The notes beneath the pieces are model-generated. The model was not told the DNA's origin. It did no database searches and saw only the letters and a list, made by a program, of their open reading frames with translations. Below are positions 24,573-34,802 of a stretch of DNA of 41,580 nucleotides, in pieces. Position 1 is the stretch's first letter; each line of letters starts with the position of its first letter. Source of the DNA: Bacteroidaceae bacterium (GTDB taxonomy: Bacteria; Bacteroidota; Bacteroidia; Bacteroidales; Bacteroidaceae); NCBI GenBank assembly GCA_017631585.1, contig JAGBSZ010000003.1:1-41580 (forward strand), read 5' to 3'. The position numbers and the translations under genes were made by a program.

Positions 24573-25211
24573 TTACATTCCTCCACCAATAGAACGAGGC
24601 TCAGCCTCTGAAATCATAGTCTTGTAATAGAGACGGCACAACATCTGTTGAACCTCATCCAATTTGTTATACGGCTTACCATACTCCTTGCGAGCCAATT
24701 CGTCACGCAATTCGTCATAAGCGGCATACAACTCATTTGAAACCTCAAAATAAGTATTATAGCTTGTACCACGGTCAGTCTGCAAAGAAATCACATGTTT
24801 GCTTGTGATATTCTGCTGACGTCCGCTGGGAAGCGTATGCTCAGTACCGCCATCTTCAAACACAACATCCTCGGCATGCTTTTCAGGATAATCGGCACGA
24901 TTCTCATCATTTGAGATGAACTCCTTTGCCAACTGACGGAGATCAGACACGCTGATTTCGTAGGCAGGTCTTTCACCCTGAGTAATCATGATTTTATTAT
25001 CCAAGTTAACCAATACTATCAGGCTGTTGCGTTTCTTGATTTTAGGAGGATTCTGAAGGTCTTCATCCTCTGGAGGCTCAGGCAGACGCACATTCAAACC
25101 TGTAGATGAGTTCATTGAAGTCACGACCAAGAAAAAGATGAGCAAGATGAACGAGATATCGGCAGTAGAACTGGCGTTGATTCCCGGAACTTTTCTTTGT
25201 CCTTTTCCCAT
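24573..25211 (-). CDS. exbD: ExbD/TolR family biopolymer transport protein (long form)
   Basis: 212 aa. The N-terminal ..STADISFILLIFFLVVTSM.. TM segment is typical of ExbD; adjacent to a second ExbD gene. Confidence 0.8.
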   Translation of the reverse strand: MGKGQRKVPGINASSTADISFILLIFFLVVTSMNSSTGLNVRLPEPPEDEDLQNPPKIKKRNSLIVLVNLDNKIMITQGERPAYEISVSDLRQLAKEFISNDENRADYPEKHAEDVVFEDGGTEHTLPSGRQQNITSKHVISLQTDRGTSYNTYFEVSNELYAAYDELRDELARKEYGKPYNKLDEVQQMLCRLYYKTMISEAEPRSIGGGM

Positions 25212-25222
25212 TGTTTTACTTT

Positions 25223-25741
25223 TTACTTGTTACTTTTTACTTTTCTTGAGATGTTTAGCAAACTGAACATTGTAGCCAAGGTACAAACTGCAAACAAGGC
25301 ATACTGAACATAGATTACCACATCGGTCAAAATATAAGCAGAAGCAGCGATGGGGTTACCATCAGAATCAGACAATGGCTTGCCGTTTACAATGATAGGA
25401 GTATCTGATGCGAGGAAATAAGCGCCACCAAACAACACTACCAACAACAACACACCTGCCAAACCTTTAAGTGCGCCCATTGGGTCATCACTGAAGTTCT
25501 TTCCGAAGGAAATCAAACCGAACGAGACGACAAGCACCACTGTAATTCCGGTCAATGCATAAATCCAATATATCAATGCGTCAGTAAACTGAGGCGCACG
25601 CATATCATTATTATTTATAGTCTCTGTGTCATTGAAACCTACAAAGAAGAACAGCGCAATGAGAGCCACTGACACCGCCATAGCAATGTAGAAAACAATT
25701 TTTGAGACTCTTGAACAAATATCAGCTTTCATAATATACAA
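25223..25741 (-). CDS. four-TM membrane protein of unknown function embedded in the exbB-exbD cluster
   Basis: 172 aa with four hydrophobic segments and no motif I recognise. The start could be codon 1 or codon 4. Confidence 0.6.
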   Translation of the reverse strand: MYIMKADICSRVSKIVFYIAMAVSVALIALFFFVGFNDTETINNNDMRAPQFTDALIYWIYALTGITVVLVVSFGLISFGKNFSDDPMGALKGLAGVLLLVVLFGGAYFLASDTPIIVNGKPLSDSDGNPIAASAYILTDVVIYVQYALFAVCTLATMFSLLNISRKVKSNK

Positions 25742-25757
25742 ATTTATTTAGCTGTTA

Positions 25758-26573
25758 TTACTTCTTAAGATTGTATTTTGTCAAAAGGTCGAGAAGTGTA
25801 ATTGAACAATCCTCCATGTCTGCAACGATAGACTCAATCTTGGTCAAGATAAAGTTGTAGAATACCTGAAGAACAAGAGCAACGATAATACCGTAGATAG
25901 TTGTGATAAGAGCCACCTTCATACCACCTGCAACGATAGTTGGAGAGATATCACCCTTCTGCTGGATTTCGTCGAATGACATAACCATACCGATCACAGT
26001 ACCCAAGAATCCGAGTGATGGAGCCATCGCGATGAACAATGTAATCCATGAGCAACCCTTCTCAAGGTTAGCCGACTGAAGGCTACCATAAGAAACAACT
26101 GTACGCTCTACAGTCTCAAGACCCTCGTCGATACGGAGAAGACCCTGATAGCAGATAGAAGCAACAGGACCTGCTGTGTTGCGGCAGATTTCCTTTGCAC
26201 GCTCAACATCATTCTTTGAAAGAGCTGCGGCAATAGCCTCCATAAGCTTCTTGGTGTTAACCTGAGCCATGCTCAAATAGATGATACGCTCTACACAGAA
26301 AGCAAGACCGATAACCATAGCTACGGCAACCAATGCCATGAACTCGGCACCACCCTCAATGAACTTAGTCTTAAGAGACTTATGAACACCTACAGTCTCA
26401 GCAGCTTCAGTTACTTGAGCGGGAGCCTCTTCAGCTACAGCCTCTTCTTCAACAACTTCTTCCTGTTCTACTGTCTCAACAGGAGCAGCCTCAGCCGCAT
26501 CCTGAGCAAAAACTTGGGTTGTACCGAATGTAAACATACCCAACACTGCAACGATTGCAAAAAGTTTTTTCAT
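25758..26573 (-). CDS. exbB: MotA/TolQ/ExbB proton-channel family protein
   Basis: Signal peptide ..TQVFA/QD and an acidic Glu/Ala/Val-rich N-terminal extension. The MotA_ExbB core has ..MAPSLGFLGTVIGMV.. . 271 aa. Confidence 0.88.
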   Translation of the reverse strand: MKKLFAIVAVLGMFTFGTTQVFAQDAAEAAPVETVEQEEVVEEEAVAEEAPAQVTEAAETVGVHKSLKTKFIEGGAEFMALVAVAMVIGLAFCVERIIYLSMAQVNTKKLMEAIAAALSKNDVERAKEICRNTAGPVASICYQGLLRIDEGLETVERTVVSYGSLQSANLEKGCSWITLFIAMAPSLGFLGTVIGMVMSFDEIQQKGDISPTIVAGGMKVALITTIYGIIVALVLQVFYNFILTKIESIVADMEDCSITLLDLLTKYNLKK

Positions 26574-26623
26574 TGTGTGTAATTTTAAAAATTAGTATTT
26601 TAAGTTAATTTATTTCATTATCG

Positions 26624-26711
26624 CGGAAAGAGGGGGATTCGAACCCCCGATACGCTTTTGACGTATACACGCTTTCCAGGCGTGCCTCTTCAACCACTCG
26701 AGCATCTTTCC
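26624..26711 (-). tRNA. tRNA-Ser (anticodon GGA), class II with long variable arm
   Basis: Minus-strand read: GGAAAGATGCTCGAGTGGTTGAAGAGGCACGCCTGGAAAGCGTGTATACGTCAAAAGCGTATCGGGGGTTCGAATCCCCCTCTTTCCG. Acceptor stem GGAAAGA/TCTTTCC. Anticodon stem CACGC/GCGTG with loop CTGGAAA. T-arm GGGGGTTCGAATCCCCC. No encoded CCA. Confidence 0.9.
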
Positions 26712-26937
26712 CTAAGGAATAGTCAATAGCTAATCGGGTGCAAGTTACAACTTTTTTCGCGAAACCACACTCTATTTCACGGCAAAAATAATTTTTTTTT
26801 TCAAATCATTAAACATTTATCACAAAATGATTGTAACTAAACTAATATTTTAGCACTTATAAGATTTTTTAACACTTTAAAATGCAAAAAAAGCAAAACA
26901 TATAAACCAAGGTTGCAGGCAAACCAAATAAATTATT

Positions 26938-26945
26938 TAATTTTG
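26938..26945 (+). promoter_or_regulatory. candidate -7 box TAATTTTG for lpxK
   Basis: Matches TAnnTTTG; 24 nt upstream of ATG 26969. Confidence 0.45.
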
Positions 26946-26968
26946 CAATAAAGCAACCCAAACACCCC

Positions 26969-28039
26969 ATGATAGAAAAAAAACGAGGTTTTTTGAAGGA
27001 ATTTTGTGATATTGTAAATCCATACTCCTGGATTACAGCAACAAGAAACAGACTTTTTGATTGCGGACTGATAAAAAGCCATATTTTTTCAATTCCTACA
27101 ATATGCATAGGAAACATATCCGTTGGTGGCACCGGCAAGACCCCTCACACAGAATATCTTGTGAAATTATTGAAGGAAAAGTTTCATACAGCAGTATTAA
27201 GCCGTGGATACGGACGCAAAAGCAAAGGATATATTCTTGCCGATGAAAAAACTCCAATGAGCATAATCGGTGACGAGCCTTTTCAAATAAAGAGCAAATT
27301 CAAGCAGGGCATAAACGTTGCTGTATGCGAAAAGCGCGTAATCGGAATAGAGAAATTAACTAAGGATGCCAAGGAGACTGAGGTGATATTGCTTGATGAC
27401 GCATTCCAACACCGTCATGTTAAAGCCGGGTTAAACATCTTGCTTATAGATAGTTCACATCCGATATGGCAGGACTGCATTCTGCCCTTTGGACGTATGA
27501 GAGAAAGTGAAAACGGCATAAGGCGTGCAGACATTGTAATTATTACAAAATGCAAAAATCTGACAGATGAAGAGAAAAATTTCTGCAGAAATCATATAAA
27601 AAAGATAAAGGATATACCGGTTTTCTTCTCCCGCATGCGATACGGAGAACTTTATCCCCTGTTCGGATGTTATAAAAAAGAGATTTCACAGGAAACGGAT
27701 ATTTTGCTCGTTACCGGCATTGCACGTCCCGAGCCACTGATAAGACAAGTTGAGAGTATGTGCAAGAATGTTACAGTAATCAAATATGCCGACCATCACA
27801 ATTTTACATCAAACGACTTTAAAGAGATTGAGTACTGTTACAATAATATAAAAAACTGCAATAAAACAATTATAACAACCGAAAAGGATGCTACAAGAAT
27901 ATTACAGCATACAGATGTTGCAAAGGTTATAAAAGAAAGCATCCAAGTGCTACCCATAGATATTGAGATTTTGAACAAAAAAGAGATGTTTAACAAAATA
28001 ATTTTGGATTATGTTACAGAAAATTCAAGAAACCGCTGA
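26969..28039 (+). CDS. lpxK: tetraacyldisaccharide 4'-kinase
   Basis: P-loop GNISVGGTGKTP, then ..LSRGYGRKSKG.. and ..LLDDAFQHR.. ; 356 aa. Confidence 0.9.
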   Translation: MIEKKRGFLKEFCDIVNPYSWITATRNRLFDCGLIKSHIFSIPTICIGNISVGGTGKTPHTEYLVKLLKEKFHTAVLSRGYGRKSKGYILADEKTPMSIIGDEPFQIKSKFKQGINVAVCEKRVIGIEKLTKDAKETEVILLDDAFQHRHVKAGLNILLIDSSHPIWQDCILPFGRMRESENGIRRADIVIITKCKNLTDEEKNFCRNHIKKIKDIPVFFSRMRYGELYPLFGCYKKEISQETDILLVTGIARPEPLIRQVESMCKNVTVIKYADHHNFTSNDFKEIEYCYNNIKNCNKTIITTEKDATRILQHTDVAKVIKESIQVLPIDIEILNKKEMFNKIILDYVTENSRNR

Positions 28040-28820
28040 ATTCCTGAGAGGGAAGATGAATACAGCACCCGAAACAGCAATAATCCTTGGAACAGGACTT
28101 GGCAGTCTTGTCAATGAAATTACCGATAAATACGAAATTGAGTACAAGGATATACCCAACTTCCCCCTTTCAACAGTAGAAGGACACTCCGGCAAACTCA
28201 TTTTTGGAAAATTGGGTAACAAGGATATAATGGCAATGCAGGGACGTTTCCATTTCTACGAAGGCTACTCGATGAAAGAGGTGACATTCCCCGTGCGAGT
28301 TATGCGCGAATTGGGCATAAAGACATTGTTTGTATCAAACGCCGCAGGTGGTATGAATCCGGATTTCGTAATCGGAGACCTTATGATTATCAACGACCAC
28401 ATCAACTTCTTCCCGGAGCATCCGTTGCGCGGAAAGAATATCCCTTATGGTGACCGATTCCCCGATATGAGTGCGGCATACGACAAGAGACTTATTGCCA
28501 TGGCGAAAGAGATTGCTGCGGAAAAGAACATCCGCGTTGTTGAGGGTATATATTTAGGTACACAAGGTCCCACTTTTGAAACTCCTGCCGAATACCGTAT
28601 GTTCCACCGCATGGGAGGTGATGCCGTTGGTATGTCAACTGTACCCGAAGTTATAGTAGCGCGTCACTGCGGTATAAGAGTATTTGGTATTTCAGTTATT
28701 ACCGACCTTGGGCTTGAAGGCATAGTAGTAGAGTGCAGCCATGAAGAGGTACAGAAAGCCGCGGATGAAGCACAACCCAAAATGACTACTATTTTCCGTG
28801 AAATAATCAACAGAGCATAA
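28011..28820 (+). CDS. purine nucleoside phosphorylase (trimeric PNP/PunA-type)
   Basis: ..AIILGTGLG.., ..MQGRFHFYEGY.., ..VSNAAGG.., ..GPTFETPAE..M....GADAVGMSTVPEV.. . ATG at 28011 gives a 29-nt overlap with lpxK. Confidence 0.9.
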   Translation: MLQKIQETAEFLRGKMNTAPETAIILGTGLGSLVNEITDKYEIEYKDIPNFPLSTVEGHSGKLIFGKLGNKDIMAMQGRFHFYEGYSMKEVTFPVRVMRELGIKTLFVSNAAGGMNPDFVIGDLMIINDHINFFPEHPLRGKNIPYGDRFPDMSAAYDKRLIAMAKEIAAEKNIRVVEGIYLGTQGPTFETPAEYRMFHRMGGDAVGMSTVPEVIVARHCGIRVFGISVITDLGLEGIVVECSHEEVQKAADEAQPKMTTIFREIINRA

Positions 28821-28824
28821 TAAG

Positions 28825-29868
28825 ATGAACACGACAAAACGCACAGAAATTTCCACTTTGGGAGAGTTCGGTCTTATTGACCATATTACCAAAGAGATAA
28901 AAACAGAGAACAAGGAGAGCATAAAAGGCATTGGCGATGACGCAGCTGTTCTGCAATTCAGCAACGACGAGGAGGTGCTTGTCTCTACCGACTTGCTAAT
29001 GGAAGGAGTACACTTTGACCTGACCTACTTCCCGTTGAAGCACCTTGGTTACAAGGCTGTCGTTGCCAATATATCGGACATATACGCCATGAACGGTACC
29101 CCAAAGCAGATTACCGTATCGCTTGCGTTAAGCCGCAAGTTCTGCATCGAGGACGTTGAGGAACTATATTCCGGAATAAGACTTGCATGCCAACAGTACG
29201 GCGTTGACATTGTGGGTGGCGACACATCATCTTCTCTCACCGGACTTGCCATAAGCATCACAGCCATAGGCTCTGCTCCAAAAGGAACAACCGTGAAACG
29301 CAACGGAGCAAAAGAGACCGACCTTATATGCGTTACCGGCAACCTTGGTGCCGCATATATGGGATTGCAGCTTCTCGAACGCGAAAAGATTGCAACTGCC
29401 GGCAAAGATATTCAGCCCGACTTCCAAGGCAAAGAGTACATTCTTGAACGACAGCTTAAACCGGAGATATGCAAAGAGGTTCTTGAAAAGTTACGCGAGG
29501 AGAATGTAAGACCAACATCTATGATAGACATCAGCGACGGTTTGTCGTCAGAGCTGATGCATATATGCAAGCAGAGCGGTGTCGGTTGTCGAATATATGA
29601 GGAGCGTATCCCTATCGACTACCAGACAGCCATTATGGCAGAAGAGCTGAATATGAACGTTATCACTTGCGCCCTGAATGGCGGTGAGGACTTTGAATTG
29701 CTTTTCACAGTTCCCATAGCCGACCATGAAAAGGTTGCCGCAATGAAGGATGTCCGTGTTATCGGACACATTGTGAGCGACAACATGGGGCTTGCACTCA
29801 TCACACGCGACGGTGTGGAGATGGAGCTTAAAGCACAAGGTTGGACTGCACAAAACGAGCAGGCATGA
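28825..29868 (+). CDS. thiL: thiamine-monophosphate kinase
   Basis: AIR-synthase-related fold with IGDDAAVL, ..VANISDIYAMNG.. and ..GGDTSSS.. ; 347 aa. Confidence 0.9.
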   Translation: MNTTKRTEISTLGEFGLIDHITKEIKTENKESIKGIGDDAAVLQFSNDEEVLVSTDLLMEGVHFDLTYFPLKHLGYKAVVANISDIYAMNGTPKQITVSLALSRKFCIEDVEELYSGIRLACQQYGVDIVGGDTSSSLTGLAISITAIGSAPKGTTVKRNGAKETDLICVTGNLGAAYMGLQLLEREKIATAGKDIQPDFQGKEYILERQLKPEICKEVLEKLREENVRPTSMIDISDGLSSELMHICKQSGVGCRIYEERIPIDYQTAIMAEELNMNVITCALNGGEDFELLFTVPIADHEKVAAMKDVRVIGHIVSDNMGLALITRDGVEMELKAQGWTAQNEQA

Positions 29869-30080
29869 TAATGCATTATATTGTTCAAGCCATATTCCTG
29901 CTTACAGGATTGACAGCCCTTTCGGCTTCGATTTTCAACCAGGACTGGTTCTTCACCACAGACAATGCACGGTGGGTGGTAAACAGGTTCGGACGCAACG
30001 GCGCACGATGGGTTTATGGCGCGTTAGGCGGAATATTCATTTTTGCCGCAATATATTTCTACCATAAAGTAAGAATGTAA
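29865..30080 (+). CDS. small two-TM membrane protein, unknown function
   Basis: MIMHYIVQAIFLLTGLTALSASIF...GALGGIFIFAAIYFYHKVRM (71 aa). ATG 29865 overlaps the thiL TGA as ATGA, whereas the track start is TTG 29841. A strong terminator follows directly. Confidence 0.5.
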   Translation: MIMHYIVQAIFLLTGLTALSASIFNQDWFFTTDNARWVVNRFGRNGARWVYGALGGIFIFAAIYFYHKVRM

Positions 30081-30112
30081 AAAAGAGGTCCGAGGACCTC
30101 TTTTTTACATTC
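30073..30112. terminator. bidirectional intrinsic terminator (40-nt perfect palindrome)
   Basis: GAATGTAAAAAAGAGGTC CGAG GACCTCTTTTTTACATTC. The GC core is flanked by A6/T6. The palindrome includes the TAA of the plus-strand gene and abuts the stop of the minus-strand mrp gene. Confidence 0.85.
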
Positions 30113-31213
30113 TTACTGACCGACTATCTTTGTTTTAGGAAGTTCTGCGTTGCGTTTTTCTGTCTTTTCCACCAATGCCGCAGCCACCTGTATGAATGCC
30201 TGACCATCGGGGCTGTCTGCTCTCATGGCGATAGGTATTCCTGCATCACCACTCTCGCATATACTCTGCACCAAAGGAATCTGACCTATCAGCGGAATAT
30301 TATAAGCCTCAGCCATACGCTTTCCGCCCTCCTTGCCGAATATGTAATATCTGTTGTTGGGGAGCTCTGCCGGCGTGAACCAAGCCATATTCTCCACAAG
30401 ACCGAGTATGGGCACTGCCACCTTTTCGTTTATGAACATATTCACGCCTTTTATTGCCGCTGCGAGCGACACCTCCTGAGGAGTGGTTACAACAACAGCT
30501 CCTGTAAGAGCAAGGCACTGCACTATTGTCAAGTGTATATCGCTTGTTCCCGGTGGGAGGTCAATCAGGAAATAATCGAGTTCACCCCAATTGGCATCGG
30601 CAATAAGCTGTTTGAGGGCATTGCTTGCCATGCTGCCACGCCATAGGATAGCCTGCTCAGGATCGACAAAGAATCCGATGGACAGAATCTTTACGCCAAA
30701 TTTCTCTATAGGCTGTATAAGGTCACGACCGTCGATATTCTCACTGTAAGGACGCTCATCCTCCACGCTGAACATCTTTGGAATTGAAGGACCGAATATA
30801 TCTGCATCCAGCAGACCGACCTTGTATCCCAATCGTGCCAATGCTATCGCAAGGTTAGCCGATACGGTAGATTTACCGACACCACCCTTTCCTGATGACA
30901 CAGCAATGACATTCTTTACCTGTGGCAGGAACTTGCCCACCTCGGGACGTGCAGCCTGACGGCTCACCACGGTGATGTTGCCTTCTATTTCCACCTCTTT
31001 GCCCACATACATGTGTATGGCAGCCTCTGCCGATTTTACAACAGAGCGAATGAATGGGTCTGTAGGCTTGTCGAATATAAGAGAAAAACTCACCTTGTTT
31101 CCGTCGATGCGTATATTGTCATCCACCATTTCAGCTTCGACAAGATTCTTGCCATTGCCCGGATAGCGCACCTTTTCGAGCGCATCGAGTATAAGTTTGG
31201 GATATAATGCCAT
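30113..31213 (-). CDS. mrp: Mrp/NBP35/ApbC family iron-sulfur cluster carrier ATPase
   Basis: Deviant Walker A VSSGKGGVGKST and an N-terminal DUF59-like region. The start is moved to MALYPKLILDALEKV (ATG 31213), avoiding overlap with the upstream gene. Confidence 0.9.
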   Translation of the reverse strand: MALYPKLILDALEKVRYPGNGKNLVEAEMVDDNIRIDGNKVSFSLIFDKPTDPFIRSVVKSAEAAIHMYVGKEVEIEGNITVVSRQAARPEVGKFLPQVKNVIAVSSGKGGVGKSTVSANLAIALARLGYKVGLLDADIFGPSIPKMFSVEDERPYSENIDGRDLIQPIEKFGVKILSIGFFVDPEQAILWRGSMASNALKQLIADANWGELDYFLIDLPPGTSDIHLTIVQCLALTGAVVVTTPQEVSLAAAIKGVNMFINEKVAVPILGLVENMAWFTPAELPNNRYYIFGKEGGKRMAEAYNIPLIGQIPLVQSICESGDAGIPIAMRADSPDGQAFIQVAAALVEKTEKRNAELPKTKIVGQ

Positions 31214-31223
31214 AATTCTTTCT

Positions 31224-31526
31224 TTAAATATTATAGTCGGCTTCGGCACGACCTTCGGTTATACCCTTGAAATAGGCTGCAACAGCCACGTGCGCAGGAT
31301 GCACCTTGTAACGCTCCATGGCATCGGCATCATCAAAAGCACTTACAAGCACAGCATCGTATGCAGTACCTGCCATACATACATTAACACCCACTTCGAG
31401 CGATTTTATTTCAGGGATGATACCAACAAGAGCTTCGAGATTCTCTTTTACCCAAAGAGCATGCTCCTGCTTGCTTTTTCCGTTTGCGCCATCAATAAAG
31501 CGCCACATTACTATATGCTTGAACAT
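31224..31526 (-). CDS. Dabb (stress-responsive alpha/beta barrel) family protein
   Basis: MFKHIVMWRF...VHPAHVAVA.. is typical of about 100-aa Dabb proteins. The start is placed at codon 45 of the track ORF (ATG 31526), which removes the overlap with trmB. Confidence 0.75.
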   Translation of the reverse strand: MFKHIVMWRFIDGANGKSKQEHALWVKENLEALVGIIPEIKSLEVGVNVCMAGTAYDAVLVSAFDDADAMERYKVHPAHVAVAAYFKGITEGRAEADYNI

Positions 31527-31542
31527 AAAAAGAAATCCTTTA

Positions 31543-32301
31543 TCATTTACTTGTTTCGAGACTGCTGCGCTTGCTGCGGTTGTAGCTACGGTACTCATCG
31601 AGCTCAATCTCAACATTCGGCTCTTCATACTGTTCTTTCGCCGGCAGATTGAATGCAATATACTTGATTGTTATGCCGCGTGACAGCCACTGTGACTCGT
31701 AATAGGTGCGTATCTGCAGAACATCGCTGACTTCATCCTGACCATGCACATCATCAATACACTCCACAACAGGCAGAGCATTTACCTCTGTTATATACTT
31801 GGTGTAAGTGAACATGAAGTTACTGTCAGTCTTGAGATGAACGATTGCATCGGCAGAGAGGATATTTCTGTATCGAGCAAGGAAAAGCGACGATGTAAGA
31901 CGCTTTGTATATTTCTTCATCTGCGGGTCGGGGAATGTGAGCCAAATTTCACTCACCTCACCCTGCGCGAACAGACGGTCGATAATCTCGATATTGGTAC
32001 GCAAGAAACCTACATTTGTAAGTCCTTCGCTCTTAGCTTCAGTAGCACCGGTCCACATACGCGCTCCCTTAATATCGACACCTATAAAATTCTTTTCGGG
32101 GAAACGACGGGCAAGAGCTACGGTATATTCGCCTCTGCCACATCCCAATTCAAGCACTATAGGATTATCATTCTTGAAGAAATCGCGATTCCAATTGCCA
32201 CGTAAGGGGAACGCAACATCATCGATAACAGAATAGGGATGCTCGATGACATTGTCATATTGCGCCATATCGGCAAACTTTTTCAATTTTCCTTTACCCA
32301 T
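31543..32301 (-). CDS. trmB: tRNA (guanine46-N7)-methyltransferase
   Basis: SAM motif [16 protein letters not shown], then ..FPDPQMKK.. (FPDPW-like) and ..LKTD.. ; 252 aa. Confidence 0.88.
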   Translation of the reverse strand: MGKGKLKKFADMAQYDNVIEHPYSVIDDVAFPLRGNWNRDFFKNDNPIVLELGCGRGEYTVALARRFPEKNFIGVDIKGARMWTGATEAKSEGLTNVGFLRTNIEIIDRLFAQGEVSEIWLTFPDPQMKKYTKRLTSSLFLARYRNILSADAIVHLKTDSNFMFTYTKYITEVNALPVVECIDDVHGQDEVSDVLQIRTYYESQWLSRGITIKYIAFNLPAKEQYEEPNVEIELDEYRSYNRSKRSSLETSK

Positions 32302-32306
32302 AACGA

Positions 32307-33329
32307 TTATATGTCAAGCACAGTTACCCAACCATAAGAATCGGGAGCATCACCATACTGTATGGCACGCAGTTTCTCATAAAGTTTTGTACACACAGGA
32401 CCTGGTTTGCCATCCTTGGCAAATACGTAAGACTTACCCATTTCAAGGTCATCGATACGTTCGATTGGAGATATGACAGCCGCAGTGCCGCAAGCTCCTG
32501 CCTCCTCGAATGTAGATAGCTCCTCCTCGGGGATGGGGCGCACCTCAACTTTCATACCCATGTCTTTTGCAATCTGCTGCAGACTGCGGTTGGTTATAGA
32601 GGGAAGAATTGATGTAGAAAGAGGTGTCACGTATGTATTCTCCTTTATACCGATAAAATTTGCCGCTCCGCACTCATCGATATACTTCTTTTCACGTGCA
32701 TCAAGATAGAACTCGCATGAATAACCCTTGTCGTGGGCAAGTTTGTTGGCACGCAGACTTGCTGCATAATTTCCGCCCACTTTGTATTTTCCTGTTCCAA
32801 GAGGAGCAGAACGGTCGTATTCGCGAATTATCACATACGGATTAGTAGAGAAACCGCCTTTAAAGTAAGGACCAACGGGAGTTACAAAAATGATGAACAT
32901 ATACTCCGATGCCGGATGCACACCAACCTGCGCACTTGTACCAATGAGCAAAGGACGGATATAAAGCGAAGCACCGCTCTCATAGGGAGGAATAAAATCC
33001 TTGTTAAGCGCGACCACCTTTGTAACCATCTCGCGGAACAGCTCCACACTCACCTGGGGCATAAGAATACCATCACATGTGCTTTGCAGACGCTCTGCAT
33101 TAGCCTCAAGACGGAATATTCTCACCTTGCCATCTTTACCACGGAAAGCCTTAAGACCCTCGAAAGCCTCCTGACCATAGTGCAGGCAGGTAGCAGCCAT
33201 ATGCATGTTTATATACTCCGAAGAACTTACCTCAATCTCACCCCATGCACCATTGCGATAGCAACAACGCACATTATAATCGGTTTTTCTGTATCCAAAG
33301 CCAATATTTGACCAATCCAAATCTTTCAT
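32307..33329 (-). CDS. ilvE: branched-chain amino acid aminotransferase (fold type IV PLP enzyme)
   Basis: 340 aa with ..[14 protein letters not shown].., ..YIRPLLIGT.., ..[10 protein letters not shown].. and ..GTAAVISP.. . Confidence 0.9.
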   Translation of the reverse strand: MKDLDWSNIGFGYRKTDYNVRCCYRNGAWGEIEVSSSEYINMHMAATCLHYGQEAFEGLKAFRGKDGKVRIFRLEANAERLQSTCDGILMPQVSVELFREMVTKVVALNKDFIPPYESGASLYIRPLLIGTSAQVGVHPASEYMFIIFVTPVGPYFKGGFSTNPYVIIREYDRSAPLGTGKYKVGGNYAASLRANKLAHDKGYSCEFYLDAREKKYIDECGAANFIGIKENTYVTPLSTSILPSITNRSLQQIAKDMGMKVEVRPIPEEELSTFEEAGACGTAAVISPIERIDDLEMGKSYVFAKDGKPGPVCTKLYEKLRAIQYGDAPDSYGWVTVLDI

Positions 33330-33401
33330 AACAAATTTTTATTTTCCTGCGCGAAGTTACTCATTTTGACGGAAAAGAAAAAGCAGAGCAACAAAAGTTT
33401 A

Positions 33402-33608
33402 TCAGCAAAGAGTTTCGTCATCCATGTTTTCAAGCAACAATTTGACCTCTTCATCAACCTTATACAACTTGCCGCGACAAAATTGCACAAGCGCAGAAGC
33501 CTCTTTAAGGGCAACCGCCAATTTATCGACATCCATTCCACCACCCTGAATGGAACTCATTATCTCTTCGAGACGCTCCACCGCCTGTGTATATGTCAAA
33601 TTTTCCAT
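33402..33608 (-). CDS. xseB: exodeoxyribonuclease VII small subunit
   Basis: 68 aa helical protein, ..TYTQAVERLEEI...L......LDE...., immediately downstream of xseA. Confidence 0.85.
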   Translation of the reverse strand: MENLTYTQAVERLEEIMSSIQGGGMDVDKLAVALKEASALVQFCRGKLYKVDEEVKLLLENMDDETLC

Positions 33609-33614
33609 TGTTCG

Positions 33615-34802
33615 TTATTTTTTATCTGTTATCCTGCTTGTAAATTCACCACCGGAGACTGTTGTTATCACCTCATCACCGGGCTTAATATCATCTACTG
33701 AACGAATAGCCTTTCCGTTTAATCGTGTAATGCTGTATCCAAGGGCAAGAATACGCTCAGGGGATGATGCATCGATATATTTTTGCCAAAGGTCGAGTTT
33801 ATGATGCATACTCTGCATAAAGAGTGCCGTTGCCACCGGTATGCGCTGCACAAGCGACTGCAAACGGTTTTTCTCGCTATCAAGCCTGCCACGCACAGCA
33901 CCGGCTACACTCTGGCGGACATCAGCCAGCCAACCCGCCTGCGCAAGCATGGCATGAATAAGAAGTTCTGCAGCCGCAGTAGGTGTCTTTGCGCTTGTAT
34001 GTGCCACAATATCAAGGACACTCTCGTCGCGACGATGACCTATTCCCGTTATTATTGGCAAAGGGAACTGCGCACAGTTATTGGCAAGTTCGTATGTATC
34101 AAAGCAAGAGAGTTCACTTGTGGCACCTCCGCCACGTATAATGACGACTACATCCCAAAAATCCAAATTGCGGGCAATATTATCGAGTGCGGCTATTATA
34201 CCCTGCTCCACCGCACTACCCTGCATGGGCGCAGGAAAGAGCTTTGTATAAAAGACAAAACCATAGCTGTTTTTATGCAGTTGGTCACAGAAATCACCAT
34301 AACCGGCTGCTGTGGATGAGGATATTACGGCAACTCTTTGTGGCAACAAAGGAAATTGCAACTCCTTGTTCAGCCCGATTACACCCTCTTCGGTGAGCCG
34401 TTTTATGACAAGCTGACGCTTGCGAGCCATATCACCTATGGTATAAGCAGGCTCAATATCACTGACATCAAGAGTATAACCGTACAATTCATGGAAGTTG
34501 ACACTAACCTGAAGAAGCACTTTAAGCCCCTGCGCAAAATGATGCCCTGTCTGCTCAAGGAAATAGGGACGCAAAAGAGAGTATATACGCGCCCAGATTG
34601 TACCGCGTGCCTTTGCAACAAGTTCTCCTGTAGCCTCATCGCGTTGTACAAGTTCGATATAACAATGTCCGTTGACCGCCTCGCGTACCTCGCTCAGTTC
34701 ACCCGTTACCCAATAACGCATAGGTAAGGCTGCACTTACAGCCTCGCGAACGATATTATTCAACGAATACAGGGTCAGAGGATTTTCTATATCATTCATC
34801 AT
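33615..34802 (-). CDS. xseA: exodeoxyribonuclease VII large subunit
   Basis: N-terminal OB fold (..[11 protein letters not shown]....[10 protein letters not shown]....GHCYIELV..) and catalytic region (..VVIIRGGGA..). The start is placed at the ATGATG pair at 34802/34799, which overlaps the mnmA stop, rather than the track start 34874. Confidence 0.9.
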   Translation of the reverse strand: MMNDIENPLTLYSLNNIVREAVSAALPMRYWVTGELSEVREAVNGHCYIELVQRDEATGELVAKARGTIWARIYSLLRPYFLEQTGHHFAQGLKVLLQVSVNFHELYGYTLDVSDIEPAYTIGDMARKRQLVIKRLTEEGVIGLNKELQFPLLPQRVAVISSSTAAGYGDFCDQLHKNSYGFVFYTKLFPAPMQGSAVEQGIIAALDNIARNLDFWDVVVIIRGGGATSELSCFDTYELANNCAQFPLPIITGIGHRRDESVLDIVAHTSAKTPTAAAELLIHAMLAQAGWLADVRQSVAGAVRGRLDSEKNRLQSLVQRIPVATALFMQSMHHKLDLWQKYIDASSPERILALGYSITRLNGKAIRSVDDIKPGDEVITTVSGGEFTSRITDKK

